Assembly (NCBI GenBank): GCA_038087875.1
Contig: CM075977.1
Coordinates: forward strand, 334,614,001-334,678,000
Direction of reading: 5' to 3'
Source: Malacoraja senta
Lineage: Eukaryota
DNA: 64,000 bases
Shown: positions 48,952 to 61,763 of the stretch, piece by piece
How the letters are laid out: every line of letters starts with the position of its first letter
How positions within the stretch are numbered: the stretch's first letter is position 1
Notes under the pieces: model-generated
Told to the model about the DNA's origin: nothing
Seen by the model: the letters and a program-made list of their open reading frames with translations, nothing else
The model's database searches: none
Translations under genes and position numbers: made by a program

Positions 48952-50246
48952 CTAGACCAAGTGGGACCCGTTGGGCCCCGTTCCCCAACACAATATTCCA
49001 CCACTCACCCGTTCCCCCAACGTAACCCGTTCCCCCAACGCAATATTCCACCCCTCACCCATAGCCCCCAACTGCGCTGGCGCGGCTTATTTCACCTTGT
49101 CCCCCAACACTCCCTCCCCTCCTCTTCATCCTCCCTCTTATCTCCCCTCTCCACCCTCCCTCACCTCTCCCTCCATCTCCTTTCCCCTACCCACAGTCAC
49201 CCCCTACCCTCAGTCGCTCCCTCCCTCCATAACCCCTCTCCTCTCCCCCTTGACGTCATTGTGAGGTGGATGCTGCTGTTTTGTTTTTTATGTAAATGAG
49301 ATCCCATTGTGATGTCATTGTGGGGTGGAGCACTGCTGACGGGCAGTTTATGTAAATGAGATCCCATTGTGATGTCATAGATGCTAACTGCCACTGCAAA
49401 TTACCATATTGCCCAGCAATGAAGACGTATATTTTTACCCAAAAATAAGGCACGAAAATTTACCGGCATCTTGAAGGCTGAAGGTTAGGTTGTTAGCCAA
49501 GAAAGATAGACTTGGCTATCGCTCAGTACAGCAACATCAAGAACAATGTTGCTGTAATGAGGGATAGCCAAGTTTATCCCTCATTGCTGGCAACTGTTGG
49601 TGGGAAGCAGCTGTAAAAGGACAGTGCCGCTTGGGGGGGTGGGAAGAATTCCTTTCACAGCATGTGGGGAGTCTGCCAGCAACTCACTCACTCACCGCTG
49701 CCACAATGCTCTGGGCGCGGAGCCATCGCATTGTGGCCGAGGAGGGAAGTAGTTTGGGTGGCTGCAAGCGGCTGCCGGGACCGGACAGCGGAACTGGCCG
49801 CCACCTCAGTGCCTTCTGATGACCCACCAACCATGATGTCCTTCGGCACAGGTGGAACCGGTGGAGGTGGTGGTTGGTGGGTAGCTACTGGGCGGAAGGC
49901 TGGCTGCTCCGTCCCAGGCTCGCACTCTCTCTCTCTCTACTAGTCCCGGGGGAAGGCGACCTGGGTGCTACAGCCAGTGCCGGGGCAGGCGACCTGGGAA
50001 CTGCAGCCAGTTCCGGTCCACGCAGGCGATGTTGCCGACCCCTGGACTAAATCAAACCCTTGATCCTGTCCTGCCATCCTTTTCTCAAAAGTTTGCAACT
50101 TAAATTGGGGATGCGTCTTCGTTGCCGGAAAACACGGTAATTTTCTCAAACTGGATTTTGTAAAGTTGAAAATGTGAATAACTTGTAAATTATACCAACA
50201 ATCTGAACGAAACTTGATATACCACACCACAGGACAGGATATGAGA
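48952..50246 (-). mobile_element. Non-autonomous Helitron-type element (3' end clear, 5' end uncertain)
   Basis: Minus strand GGGGCCC-AAC-GGGTCCC hairpin, 7 nt, CTAG|T terminus at 48952; internal low-complexity tracts and direct repeats. Confidence 0.6.
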
Positions 50247-51679
50247 TGTACTTAAAGTAGGTCAGAAGTAGTATTTTGGAGAGTCAGTATTATACAGCAT
50301 AAAGGCCCTTTATCCCAACTTGCTCATGCCGACTAAGGTGCTAAACTGAGCTAGTCCTACTCGCGTAAGTTTGGCCCATATCCCTCTAAACCTTTGCTAT
50401 CTATGTACATCCAAACGTCTTTGAAATGTTGCAATTATACTCTTCTCAACCACTTCCTATGGCAGCTCATTCCTTACACCCATCATCCACCTCCTGCCAG
50501 GGATTACCCTGTAAACCATGTGTGCTCTCTTTTTTGACCAGCCTACCATGTTGGACCATGTCAAAGTCCATGTAGCCAACATCTACCATCTCCCCACATC
50601 AATTGTCTTGGTCACTTCTTCAAAGAACAATCAAATTCATGAGATAAATTCATGAGATGGTGACCATCTCTAATCAGTCGTTGCTTTAGCAAAATGCAGA
50701 TGGATACTCTCAGAAACCCTTCCAGTAACTCCTCCCTTCCCACCTCCTCTGCCCCCCTGCTCCCACCACTGACATTAAGCTCATTCGCTGCCACCTTGAT
50801 CACATCTGTAGCATCTGTACCCTGGAATATTGAGCAGTCATTCCTGCTCATCATTCAACCACGTTTCTGTAAGAGCTATATTATCAAAATCCCATGTGCC
50901 TATCCATGCCCCGATTTCATCTGCCTTCTTGCATTAAAATAAATACAGATTAATCTTATACACATTCCTCACTCCCTACTGGGTTTGCTCAGTTTAACTT
51001 CTCTATTTGCATCAACTTTCTCATATGTTACACTGCCACTTTGGGTGCCATTCTCCTGTCACACTAACTTAATACTCCTGCGTAGCTTTAGCAAATCTCC
51101 CTATCGTGATATTTAGAGATTTAGATGCAAGACACATTTAGTGAGGCAAAACACAAGGACATTAAACAATCATGAACAATATTGACACATAGAAGTGACT
51201 GCACAAGAATAATAAGGGGCGTCTGGGTTTGCTTTCTGACAGAATATGGAGACAGGAGATGAGCTGATAATTACTGAGCATGGAGGAGATGAATCCAGGG
51301 AGTTGAAGTAGTTGGATTAAGGTGGCAAAGCTGTGCTGGAGAATTTGAACAGCATTCATTTGGTGCTCTAACTCTATTTCACTCATTCAATGTTTTATCA
51401 ACACTCCATTCACATCATATTTTTGAACCTTCAGAATTACTTTTCACCTTCCTAAAAGCAGACATTTGGAGCTCTATATCTTGCTGAACTTGTGTGTGTG
51501 AATGTGTATTCATTAACAGTAATGAGTACACATCTCCATAACAATCACAATACTATTTATGAAGTATTTCCATAATTCCCTTCTGTTACATTATCATAAA
51601 ACTCAACTATGGTGCTTTTAACATTTTATCTAATTTCTTCATGGACACCCATTTTTATTGTCCATTTCTGATTGTCTCC

Positions 51680-51920
51680 GAACCGAAAGGGTAGTTAAGA
51701 ATCAACTGCTTTGATAAGTCTGATGCGACAAATAGGCCAGACCACGGAAGGATGGCAGATTTCCTGTCCCAAAGGACATTAGAGAAGCAAATGGGTTTTT
51801 AAATAACAAATTTGGCAGGGCAGTGCTTGTCATTATTGAGATTAACCTCCTTACTCATTCCAGATTTATGAATTACTTGAATTTATGTTCCCAAAGGCTC
51901 TTATGGATTCAAACCACCCT
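51680..51920 (-). mobile_element. Old SINE remnant, possibly SacSINE1/DeuSINE-like (similar remnant at about 43960-44160)
   Basis: taggccagacc..aaggatggcagatttcc..aaaggacattag..gggttttt resembles a recalled shark SINE body; not verified. Confidence 0.4.
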
Positions 51921-52257
51921 ACCTACTGTAAATGATGATTGTAATGCTGCCAATTGATTGCCTCTCCGTTTTGTGTAAGTGTAACTGCCGTAAGCACGAA
52001 TAAATAAGCATTGCAGCATCACTGTTTTAAAATGTTCTTGTGGAGTGTTTGGTGTAAGTATTACAGGTTATTAAACTGCATTGGGTAATAACTAATATTT
52101 GAAGTTTTCTAACAAGATCTGTTCTCCTATTTAAACAATCCTGTTTTAATTTTAACATAATTAACACCGCACTGCCATTAACATTAATATTCATGTTATG
52201 AATCAAACTATTGCAATTAAATGGTTGATTACTTTCTTTGGTTATGTTTGTACATAG

Positions 52258-52395
52258 ACAACTTCTGGGGTGGGAGATTGCAACCTTCACGTGGTCCACC
52301 CTGTTTCGACGAATGCAATCAACCCAACGTGCACAATCAAATAAGATCAAATAGAACAAGTTGTCCTACAACTTTAGGTTGTGCACGCCATACGC
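52258..52395 (+). mobile_element. Short CpG-containing repeat, possibly the 3' end of an Ingi/Vingi-type LINE
   Basis: Ends gccatacgc; internal inverted repeats cgtgcacaa/ttgtgcacg and aagttgt/acaactt. Confidence 0.3.
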
Positions 52396-53624
52396 TTCTC
52401 ATTCACTACAGCATTTGTTTTTTAGTGTTGAAATTTTTTGTGGTAGCCATTTCACTCATCTTCCCATTTATATATGAAATCCCAAATCATCCCTGCAACA
52501 GTAGGTGTGCCAAATTATTAATGCTTTACATTACACCATAACGAAGACAGAAATTTAACGAGCTTTACGCGACTTTGTGTGGATTGTTAAAGAATAATCG
52601 ATGAGATTACCGTGGAAATGTTCCTGTTACTCCATTGTTTAAAGATTGGCCATTAAGTTTTTCCACATTACATCAGTGACCATCCTTCAAAAATACTTAA
52701 TTAGCTCTGCATACTGTAGTACATCCTGAGAACATAAAATATACAAAATAAATTTAAACCTTTACTTCTTGGACAAATCTTTACTGATCAATTTATGACT
52801 CATAGTTATTAAATCAGGTTTTGCAAAGTCAAAAGAACAATGCGTAAGTAAAGATTGCTGTCCAGCAAGCAGTCCAGATTGTTGGCCTCTAACCAATCCA
52901 GTTTACTCACCCTGGATGTACTCTAAATCTATTTCATTTTCCAAAATGCCAGGGAATGGCACACTGATTTTTATTTCATTTAAATTAGACCTTGGTCAAA
53001 TTTCAATCAAGCTTTGGCTCATTTGCAGCCCAAAAATAGCAATCATCCATTTTGTTGCATCAATTAATTTTTTGACAAACATCTACAAAAGATACATCTA
53101 TTGGAACACAATTTAAATAATGAAACCGTGATCATTGCTTTGTATGATTAAGGTTATTGCTTCTTAGAAACATAGCAAAATAGGTGCAGGAATAGGCCAT
53201 TCAGCCATTCGAGCCAGCATCGCGATTCAATATGATCATGGCTGATCATCTAAAATCAGTATCCTGTTCCTTCATTTCCCCCATATCCCTTGATTCTAGT
53301 CCTAAATCTACAGTAACTCAAGCATTTCAAGCCTTTAATGCATTATGAATAATTAGATTGAATTATATAACCTTGCAACTGCACAAATAAATACCATAAA
53401 CTCTATTCTAATACAAGGGCTTAGGAAAGAAAAGCGAAGGTATTTTGAAAGTATCAACTTTAATAATGCATTCAGAATTTTGACAGAGCTGTTACAACAG
53501 AGCATACATGTGTCAGAACTAAAAGCAGCAGTAGCCCATATTCCCCACAGATACTGCTCTGTTATTCACTGCAATCATGGCTTGATTTTTAATCTAGCCC
53601 ATTCCCAACTCGTACCCATATTTT

Positions 53625-54470
53625 TTGCAACAAGATCTTGATCGGTTGGGCAGGTCGACTGAGGAATGGTTGATAGAAATTTATACAGAAAATTGTGAGG
53701 TGTTGCATTTTGGGAGGACGAACATGGGCAAAACCAGCACAGTAAATGGTAGGACTCTGGGGAGTGTTGTAGAACAGAGGGATCTAGGAGTTCAAGTATA
53801 TAGTTCATTGAAAGTGGCAACTCAGGTAGAAAGGATGGTCAATAAGGCTTTTGACACATTGGCCATCATCAGTCAACACGTTATAGAAGTTAGGAGGTTA
53901 TGTTGCAGTTGTATAAGATGTTTCTGAGGCCACACTTAGAGAATCTTGTTCAGTTTTGGGCACCTTATAATAGGAAAGATGTTGTCAAGCTGGAAAGGGT
54001 GCAGAGAAGAGTTACGAAGATGTTGCCAGGACTCGACGCCTGAGCTATGGAGAGAGGTTGAGCAGGGTAGGACTCTATTCTTTGGAGCGCAGGAGGACGA
54101 GGGGTGGTCTTATAGATGTATACAAAGTCATGAGAGGAATAGATTGGGCAAATGCAGAGTCTTGCCCAGAGTAGGGGGATTGAGAACCAGAGGTCATAGG
54201 TTTAAGGTGAGGGGTGAAAGATTTAATAGGGACCCAAGGGGTATTTTTTCACGCCAAGGGTGGTAGGTGTATCGAACGAGCTGCCGGAGGATATAGCTGA
54301 GGTAGATACCATTGCAACATTCAAGAAACATTTGGACAGGTACATGGATAGGATAGGTTTAGTGGGATATGGGCCAAATGCAGGCAGGTGGGACTAGTGT
54401 AGATGGGACATGTTGGTCGGTGTGGGCAAGTTGGGTCGAGGGGCCTGTTTCCACGCTGTAACACTATGAC
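53625..54470 (+). mobile_element. Degraded CR1 3' fragment
   Basis: QQDLDRLG..ENCEVLHFGRTN..EQRDLGVQV; CR1 3' UTR. Confidence 0.82.
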
Positions 54471-55509
54471 AAAGCATTCTGTCCGGTATCCCATCACATG
54501 CGGTGCAGTTATAAACATACAAAAAGCATTTCAAAACTTCGAATATTTACATTTATTTTTAGAAAAATCAAAATTTTAAAAACATTTAAATTAATTTAAA
54601 ACAATTTAAAAATAGCAAAGTAACATTTCCCTTGGAATCTTTCTTCTCCATTCAGCTCCTGCATCAGGTCAAACCTGACCCATTCTGTTTTATCAGATTC
54701 TTTAATGTGGGTGTTAAAAAAATTGCTGCATCAATGCACATCAGCATGAGACTCCCGGAGGGGATTGAATCTGGAGAATAGTTGAGAAAGAGCTGGGGAA
54801 GAACCATCTCCAGTTTATTAGTAGTTTGGGGGTGGGGGGAAAAATCGATTCCAGAGTTTTTGGCACTTTTCCATGAATTGCAAGCAACTGGATCTGTTCA
54901 AGATAATGGTTGCCCAGACACCAATATAATAATCCAAATGAAATGGAGCACCAGCAGGTATGGCTCCAGGCAAGAAATGTGCGATGACTAATGCTGCTTC
55001 AAAACCTCACTTACACCAAAAGCTCAATTTCACATTCACATTCAAAGATCCCAATTCCCTTTGCCTCATGTCACAATTTGTCATGAAAGGGAAGTGAATT
55101 GATCCAAAACTCTATAGAATGACATCTCAGTCTAAAATATATGTAGGTAATTTTCAGTCAGTCAAAGAAAAGGTTTAAATAGTTCTGACAACTGTGAAAT
55201 AAGCTTCATTGAAGCAGCATTTCGAAGATGATAAATCTAATTCCCCATGCTATCTTGGAAGTGTGGCATAATAATTAAATCATTTTGTTAGCTGAAGATT
55301 ATAGACTTAATTTATTCTTCATAAGCTGTCATGCAGTTTGAAGATAAGGTTTTGAAAATTAGTCGATTTTAAGCTATAAAAGGATTATTAGTTTCTCCTT
55401 TGCTTTGTTAAATGCAATTATTCAATACTATTATCCACAAATAAGCATAGTTATATACTTGGGTTACGCAATTAATATAATATAATTAATATAAACTGTA
55501 TTTAAACAC

Positions 55510-55620
55510 GAAGGACAAAATGCTGGAGTAACTCAGCGGGACAGGCAGCATCTCTGGAGAGAATGAATGGGTGACGTTTAGGGTCGAGACCCTTCTTCAG
55601 ACTGAAGAAGGGTCTCAACC
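55510..55620. mobile_element. Penelope terminal repeat with a short inverted duplication
   Basis: aaaatgctggagtaactcagcggg...gagacccttcttcagactgaagaagggtctc. Confidence 0.65.
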
Positions 55621-55658
55621 AGATTTAATAGAAACCTGAGGGGCAACTTTATCCACAT

Positions 55659-56139
55659 CCGCTGGATTTAAAACACCGTGGAGCCTGGGATCCGAGATCG
55701 CCAGAGTCGGAGCTCCAACCAGCGCGACCTGAAGACTTCGGGTGCCGTGGTCTCCGGGGAGGAAGCGGCCGCTCCAGACATTCCAAGCCGTTGAGGAGTG
55801 TTCACCCGACGCCGGAGTTCCATCTTCCCGGCAAGAGGGCCTGAAAACATTGGACTGGCTGTGGAGGCCACAAATAGGCCCTGACCTCGGGTGATCACAG
55901 AGGAAGAGGACTGAACTTTCTGATGTCTTTCCCCACAGTGGAACATTTTTGATTCTGCTGTGGGGGGATGTTCATGTTGAACTCTATAATGTGTTGTGTC
56001 ATTTTTCTTTTTTTTTAATTTTTCTATGGATGTACGGAAACTTAATTATTTCTTCTATGTAAAGCACTTTGGTTTCAACGCGAGTTGATTTAAACGTGCT
56101 ATATAAATAAAATGTACTTACTTACTTACTTACTTACTT
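55659..56139 (+). mobile_element. GC-rich non-autonomous retroelement with an L2-type tail, inserted in a CR1 fragment
   Basis: Possible ACAT duplication (55655-58, 56140-43); tail tgtaaagcactttgg...gctatataaataaa(ttac)n; hairpin at 55931-55965. Confidence 0.6.
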
Positions 56140-56334
56140 ACATAGAGGGTGATGGGTTTATGGAATTCCTGGTGCAAAGTTCCTAGTGCAACAAAGAGAG
56201 TTTGTAGTTTGAAATTTAGTTCGTGTTTTTAGTGTTCAATAGCCTGATAGTTGTTGGGGAAAAGGCTGTTCTTGAATTTGGAGATATTGGTTTTCAAACT
56301 CCTATACCTTCTTAGACCAACACAGAATAGAAAC

Positions 56335-57900
56335 ACTTGTGTAACAAATTAGATTTGATTAGAGAGCTTAAGGTAAAGGAATCCCCTAGGAGGAAGTGAC
56401 CATAATATACTTAAATTCAACCTGCAGTTTGAGAGGGAGAAGATGAAAACAGATGTATTGGTATTACAGTTGAGTAAAGTTAACTGCAGAGGCATGAGGG
56501 AGGAGCTGGCTAAAGTTGGTTAAAAAGCGACCCTAGCAGGAATAAAGGTGGAGCAGCAATGGCGGGAATTTCTGGGAGTAATTTGCAAGACGCAGGACCT
56601 TTTCATCCCAAAGAGGAAGAAAGATTCTAAGGGGAGAATGAGGCGACTGTGGCTGACAAAGAAAGTCAAAGATAACATAAAACTAAAAGAGAAAGCATAT
56701 AATATTGCAAAGATTAGCGAGAAGCTAGAGGATTGGGAAGCTTTTAAAAAAACAACAGAAGGTAACTAAACAGGTAATATGGGAAGAAAAGTTGAAATAT
56801 GAAGGTAAGCTAGCCAATAATATAAAAGAGGATAGTAAAAGTTTCTTCAGATATATAAAGAGAGGCAAGAATGGATGCTGGACCACTGGGAAATTATGCT
56901 GGAGAAGTAGTAATGGTAAATAAACAAGTGAATTGAATACAATTTTTGCATCAGTCTTCACAGCAGAAGACACCAGCAACCTGCCTGGAATTCAGAAGAG
57001 TTGGGGGCAGAAGTTAGTGGAGTTTCTATTACGAAGGAGAAGGTGCTTGGGAAGCTGATAGGTCTGAAGGTGAACCAGATGGACTACACCTCAGGGTTCT
57101 GAAAGAGTTAGTTTTAGAGATTGTGGAGGCATTAGTGGTGATCTTTCAATAATCACTAGAGTCAGTAGTGGTCCCAGAGGACTGGAAAATTGCAAATGTC
57201 ACTCCGCTGTTCAAGAAAGGGGGGAAGCAAAAGAAGGGAAACTATAGGCTGGTTAGCCTGACTTCAGTGGTTGGTAAAATTTTAGTCCATTATTAAGGCT
57301 GAGGTTTCCAAGTACTTAAAGGCACATGATAAAATAGGCCAAAGTCAGCATGGTTTTGTGAAAGGGAGATGTTGCCTGACAAATCAATTGGAATTATTTG
57401 AGGAAGTAAATAGCAGGATAGACTAAGGACAGTCAGTGGATGTTGTATACCTGGCTTTTCAGAAAGTCTTTGATAAAGTGCCACATGTGAGGCTGCAAAG
57501 AAGATAAGACTCCATGGTATTCAAGGTAAGACACAAGCATGTATAGAAGATTAGCTGAATGGCAGAAGGCAAAGAGTGGGAACAAAGGGTCTTTTCATGT
57601 TTGGCTGTCAGTGACTAGTGGTATTCCTTCACGTTGTATATCAATAATTTAGATGATGGAACTGAAGGCTTTGGAGCCAAGTTTGCGGATGATATGAGGA
57701 TAGATGGAGAAGCAGGTAATGTAGAGGAAGCAGGGTGTCTGCAGAAGGACTTGGACAGGTTGGGCGAGTGGGCAAAGAAGTGGCAGATTGAATACAGCGT
57801 AGCAAAGTGTGTGGTCATGCAGTTTGGTAGTCGGAACAAAGGCATAGATTATTTTCTAAATAGGGAGACGATTCAGAAATCAGAGGTGCAAAGGGAGTTA
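56335..57900 (+). mobile_element. Degraded CR1 ORF2 internal fragment
   Basis: PEDWKIANVTPLFKKG, YINNLDDG..AKFADD, QKDLDRLGEWAKKWQ. Confidence 0.85.
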
Positions 57901-60444
57901 CAGATTTTCTCAGTGGAAGGCAGGGAACGGGAAAGGATAACTGTATCTAATATTCTGATCAGCTTCCTATCAATCCAGCAGAGGTCTCTGCTACAACACT
58001 ACTTTCCCCATCAAGTTCAACATTGTCATAGAATGACCCAGGACATCAAACAGATGGGCTCTGTTGCTGGTCATCCCGATGACACTGGTCTGTGACATTT
58101 GTGTGAAGCACATAATTGATATCCAATTTTATTCCAGATTCCAGCAACTGCAGCTTCTTGTGTCACACTATTCTGGAGCTCTTGGTTCCCAATCTCTATC
58201 CATGTTGGAAAATAATAACACACGAGATAGAAACAGGAGTTTGTCATTTGGCCCCTCAAATCCACTCTGCTATTTTATAAAATCACAACTGAACTTTGAC
58301 CTTATTGCCACTTTTCTGACTTGCTCTATATTCCTGGATCTATTGATTGTTTCCTTATATCTTCTCAGTAACTGAGCCTCCATAGCTTAATAGATAAATT
58401 CCCAATATCTGTCCATGAATCAATCCTTAGTCCAAATCTGAGAACACCACATCATTGCAAGATTCTCCTTTAAATATTCTGCCAGTTACAATTTCAAAAT
58501 CATTAACAGGTTTGACAAATATAATTTCCCCTTTCAGAAATCCATGTTTACTCTGCCCTAGCCTGTTATTACTTTCTAAGTGCTTCTTACCACTTCTTTA
58601 ATAATAGATTTGAGCATTTTCCTCACAGTTGGTGACAGGCTTAGTCTATAAATCCCCCATTTATTCTCTCCTTCCTTTCTTAAGCAGAGTCATTACATTT
58701 GCTAACCTATGATTGTGGAAACTATTCAAGGATCAATTGAATTTTTGATGACAGCCAGTGCACCCACCATCTCTGTATCCATCTCTGTTTCTCAGTTTCT
58801 ATAAATTGATTCTATTTCTTGATTTTCTGAACCAAGATCTTTTCTGTCTACTGCCTTTAATAACAGACTTTTCTCCTTTTCTGCATTGCTCTCCCTTCTA
58901 AAAGTTAAACATCCTAGAGCTTAAATTCTGAACTTTGCTCTTTTTGCAATTATCTCTCTGTAACACATTTATAAATTGTACCCATTTATTTTTATCTGTA
59001 CCCTTTCCTTGTTATAAATGCTCTATGTATTTAGATGGAGTCTTAGATTTTGTCTGGGGATTGTTGAAGTCACTGGGGCCGAGTTAAACAGGTAGTCATT
59101 GCACAATTGCATCTCTGAGGGAGATTGTGCCTGGACCATGCTGAAACACAAGGCCAGAGAGTTCACATTCTTATTCTGTGACTTACTGTCAAATTTTGTT
59201 TGATAATCCTCTATGGGGCACATAGGATACAAAAAGCACAATACAAGAACAAATCATTGTTGACTTGTATACGTATCATCATGATTCATTGTCACAGGAT
59301 AGGAATACTTATGTGCGCTATTTATTAGCACCTCCATTTCACAGACCACAGTGATTCAAGAAAATGCCTCAGCACTGCCTGGGCAAGCAGTATAGACAAC
59401 AACTGATGCCGTCAGATGTTTTCTAAAAAATAATTTGGATGACGCTATAAATCTATTAAGGAATGCTAATTTTTTTTGTTTTTTTGTTAGGACAGGTATA
59501 AGAAAATTCAAAATCCGGCAGGAACTGGAAATCTGACAGAAGCAGTAATTATTGGAAATAGAGCAAGCAATCATATGGCCAATCGTCTGCAATTAGGCGT
59601 CTTAGACAGAAACCTAATGTCAACTGCACAAACTTTGCTGAGTCAATGATTAGGAGAGTGTACCTTTGCACAACTTTTGTGATCTATTCACCACAGTGCT
59701 TTGGTTCATGTATATTTTTGGCAGAAAATATATTTTAATTCTGTAGCAATTAAGTGCTGCGCAGTACTTAATTGAAAAAAGGAAGCTGTGTCCACAGGGA
59801 AATGGTTGTCTAGTGTAATGATAATTGAGATGTTCACTGCATAATTTGATTCCAGCAATATACAATATATCACCTGCCGGAAATATATTTTGGTCAGTGC
59901 AGAAGGATGTGGATTTCTTGGAAGAACGGTGCAAACAGACATTTATACTGCTTTCTCCAATATTAAATAAGGCTGGAACAAATTTATTGGTAGAATCAAA
60001 AAACAATGGTTGTAAAGAAAGTTAATAATTTGAGGGGAGTGGGGGGTGAGCACCAATGAGGAAAGTTTCAGAGAAGGGGACAAAATCATAACAAAGTTAA
60101 TTGATAATTGGAGTGGAATAGCAAAGTACACAGCAAGTAACAGTAATCAAGCACTTCTGCAGCAGCTAATTGGGTCAAAATAGTGAAAGCAGTAAGGGGT
60201 CAAAAGTAAGGATCCTTTATCTGAAAGCACAGAACATTCATAAGATCAATTAATTAGTGGCATAGAGGGAGATTAATGGGTTTAAACTAATCCTCACTAT
60301 GGAGACATGGTTTCAAGGTGACCAAGGCTCAACAGCACAGCTCAGGGTATTTGAATGGAAATTTTGAGTTTTCAGTTTGATAATATACAAAATTATTAGG
60401 ACTGAAAGACTCCTGGCTTAGTCATATATAAATAAAAGTCATGG

Positions 60445-61763
60445 GGTCATAGAGCTATACAGAACTGAAACAGTCATCTCGACCTACCATGTCAATATCG
60501 ACTGAGTTAGTCTACTGGGTAAATCTAATTTGCCACATTTGGCCTCTACACACTTCCTACCAGATATCTTCCCATCTTTTAGAAGTTATAATTTTATCTG
60601 CTTACACTGACAGCTCATTGTAATTCTGGACTACCCTCTGAGTGAAACAGTTGTTCCTAACGTTCCTCTAAAATCTCGCACCACAAGTCTCTGCCCTCTC
60701 AATTTGGATTCCTCTACCTGGGAAAAAGAGTGAGTGTTCACTTTATCCATGCCCCTTATTATTTTGTAGACATTGATAAGGCCACCCTTAGAAAAAAGTC
60801 CCAACCTATCCCTATCACTCAAGCCCACAAGCCATGTTAATATCCTGGTGAATCTCTTCTTCATCTTTTTAAGTTAATTACATCGTTCCCACAGCTAGGC
60901 AACCAGAACAGAATGCAGTACTTCAAGTGTGGCTTCATCAATAAGCTGTACAGCTGTGTCATGCTGTTCCGACATTTGTACTCAATAGCATTCTCAATGA
61001 AGGCAAGCATGTCAAAGACTTGCATCACTACAATGTCCACCCAACTTGCCACTTTCAGTGAACCATGCACTTGTACTTCCATATCTCTGTGTTCTGTAAC
61101 ACTCTTCAAGGATCTACCACTTGCTGTGCAATTCTGCCCTGGTATGGCATATCAAAGTGCACACCCCACACTTGCTAGAATTAAGTTCCATTTGCCATCT
61201 CTTGGCTCAGCTTCTCAAATGATCACTTTCTAAATTCTGTTGTAAATATAGAAATTCTTCCTCACTGTTTGCTATACCATCAATTTTGGCATCATCTGCA
61301 AATATACTCACAATGTGAACCACTTTGTCATCCAAATTGTTAATGCAGATATCAAACAACAGCAGACCCAGCCCTGTGGAACTCCACTGGTCACAGACTT
61401 CTAATCAGAAAAACAACCCCCCATAACCACTCCTTTCTCCAAGTTAATTCTGAGCCCAATTAGCTAGCCTATCTTGAATCCCATGAGCTGTAACATCCAG
61501 AATAGCATACCATGTGGGATTTTGTCAAAGGTATTTTTAAAGTCCACATAGACAACTTCCAATGACCTGCCCTCATCAATCCTCTTGGTGACCTCTTCAA
61601 AAAAACTATCAGAATTATGAGATAATTTCCCCAAGCGCATAGCCATACTCACCATCCCTAATCAATCCATGCCTATCCAAATTCAGGTAGATTTTACCTC
61701 TAACAATCTCCTTCAACAACTTTACCACCTCTGATGTAGGCTCATTGACCTTTAGTTTCCTGG
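60445..61763 (-). mobile_element. Degraded CR1 fragment
   Basis: FFEEVTKRIDEG..VVYVDFKNTFDKIPHG; PHLKYCILFWLP. Confidence 0.82.

Noticed and set aside
59356-60131. Cluster of 60-118 aa ORFs in non-repetitive sequence; possible exon of a neighbouring gene or a conserved element
   Set aside because: No recognisable protein similarity or convincing splice pair. I found no exon of the expected syntenic neighbour KCNIP4, and conservation cannot be tested here.
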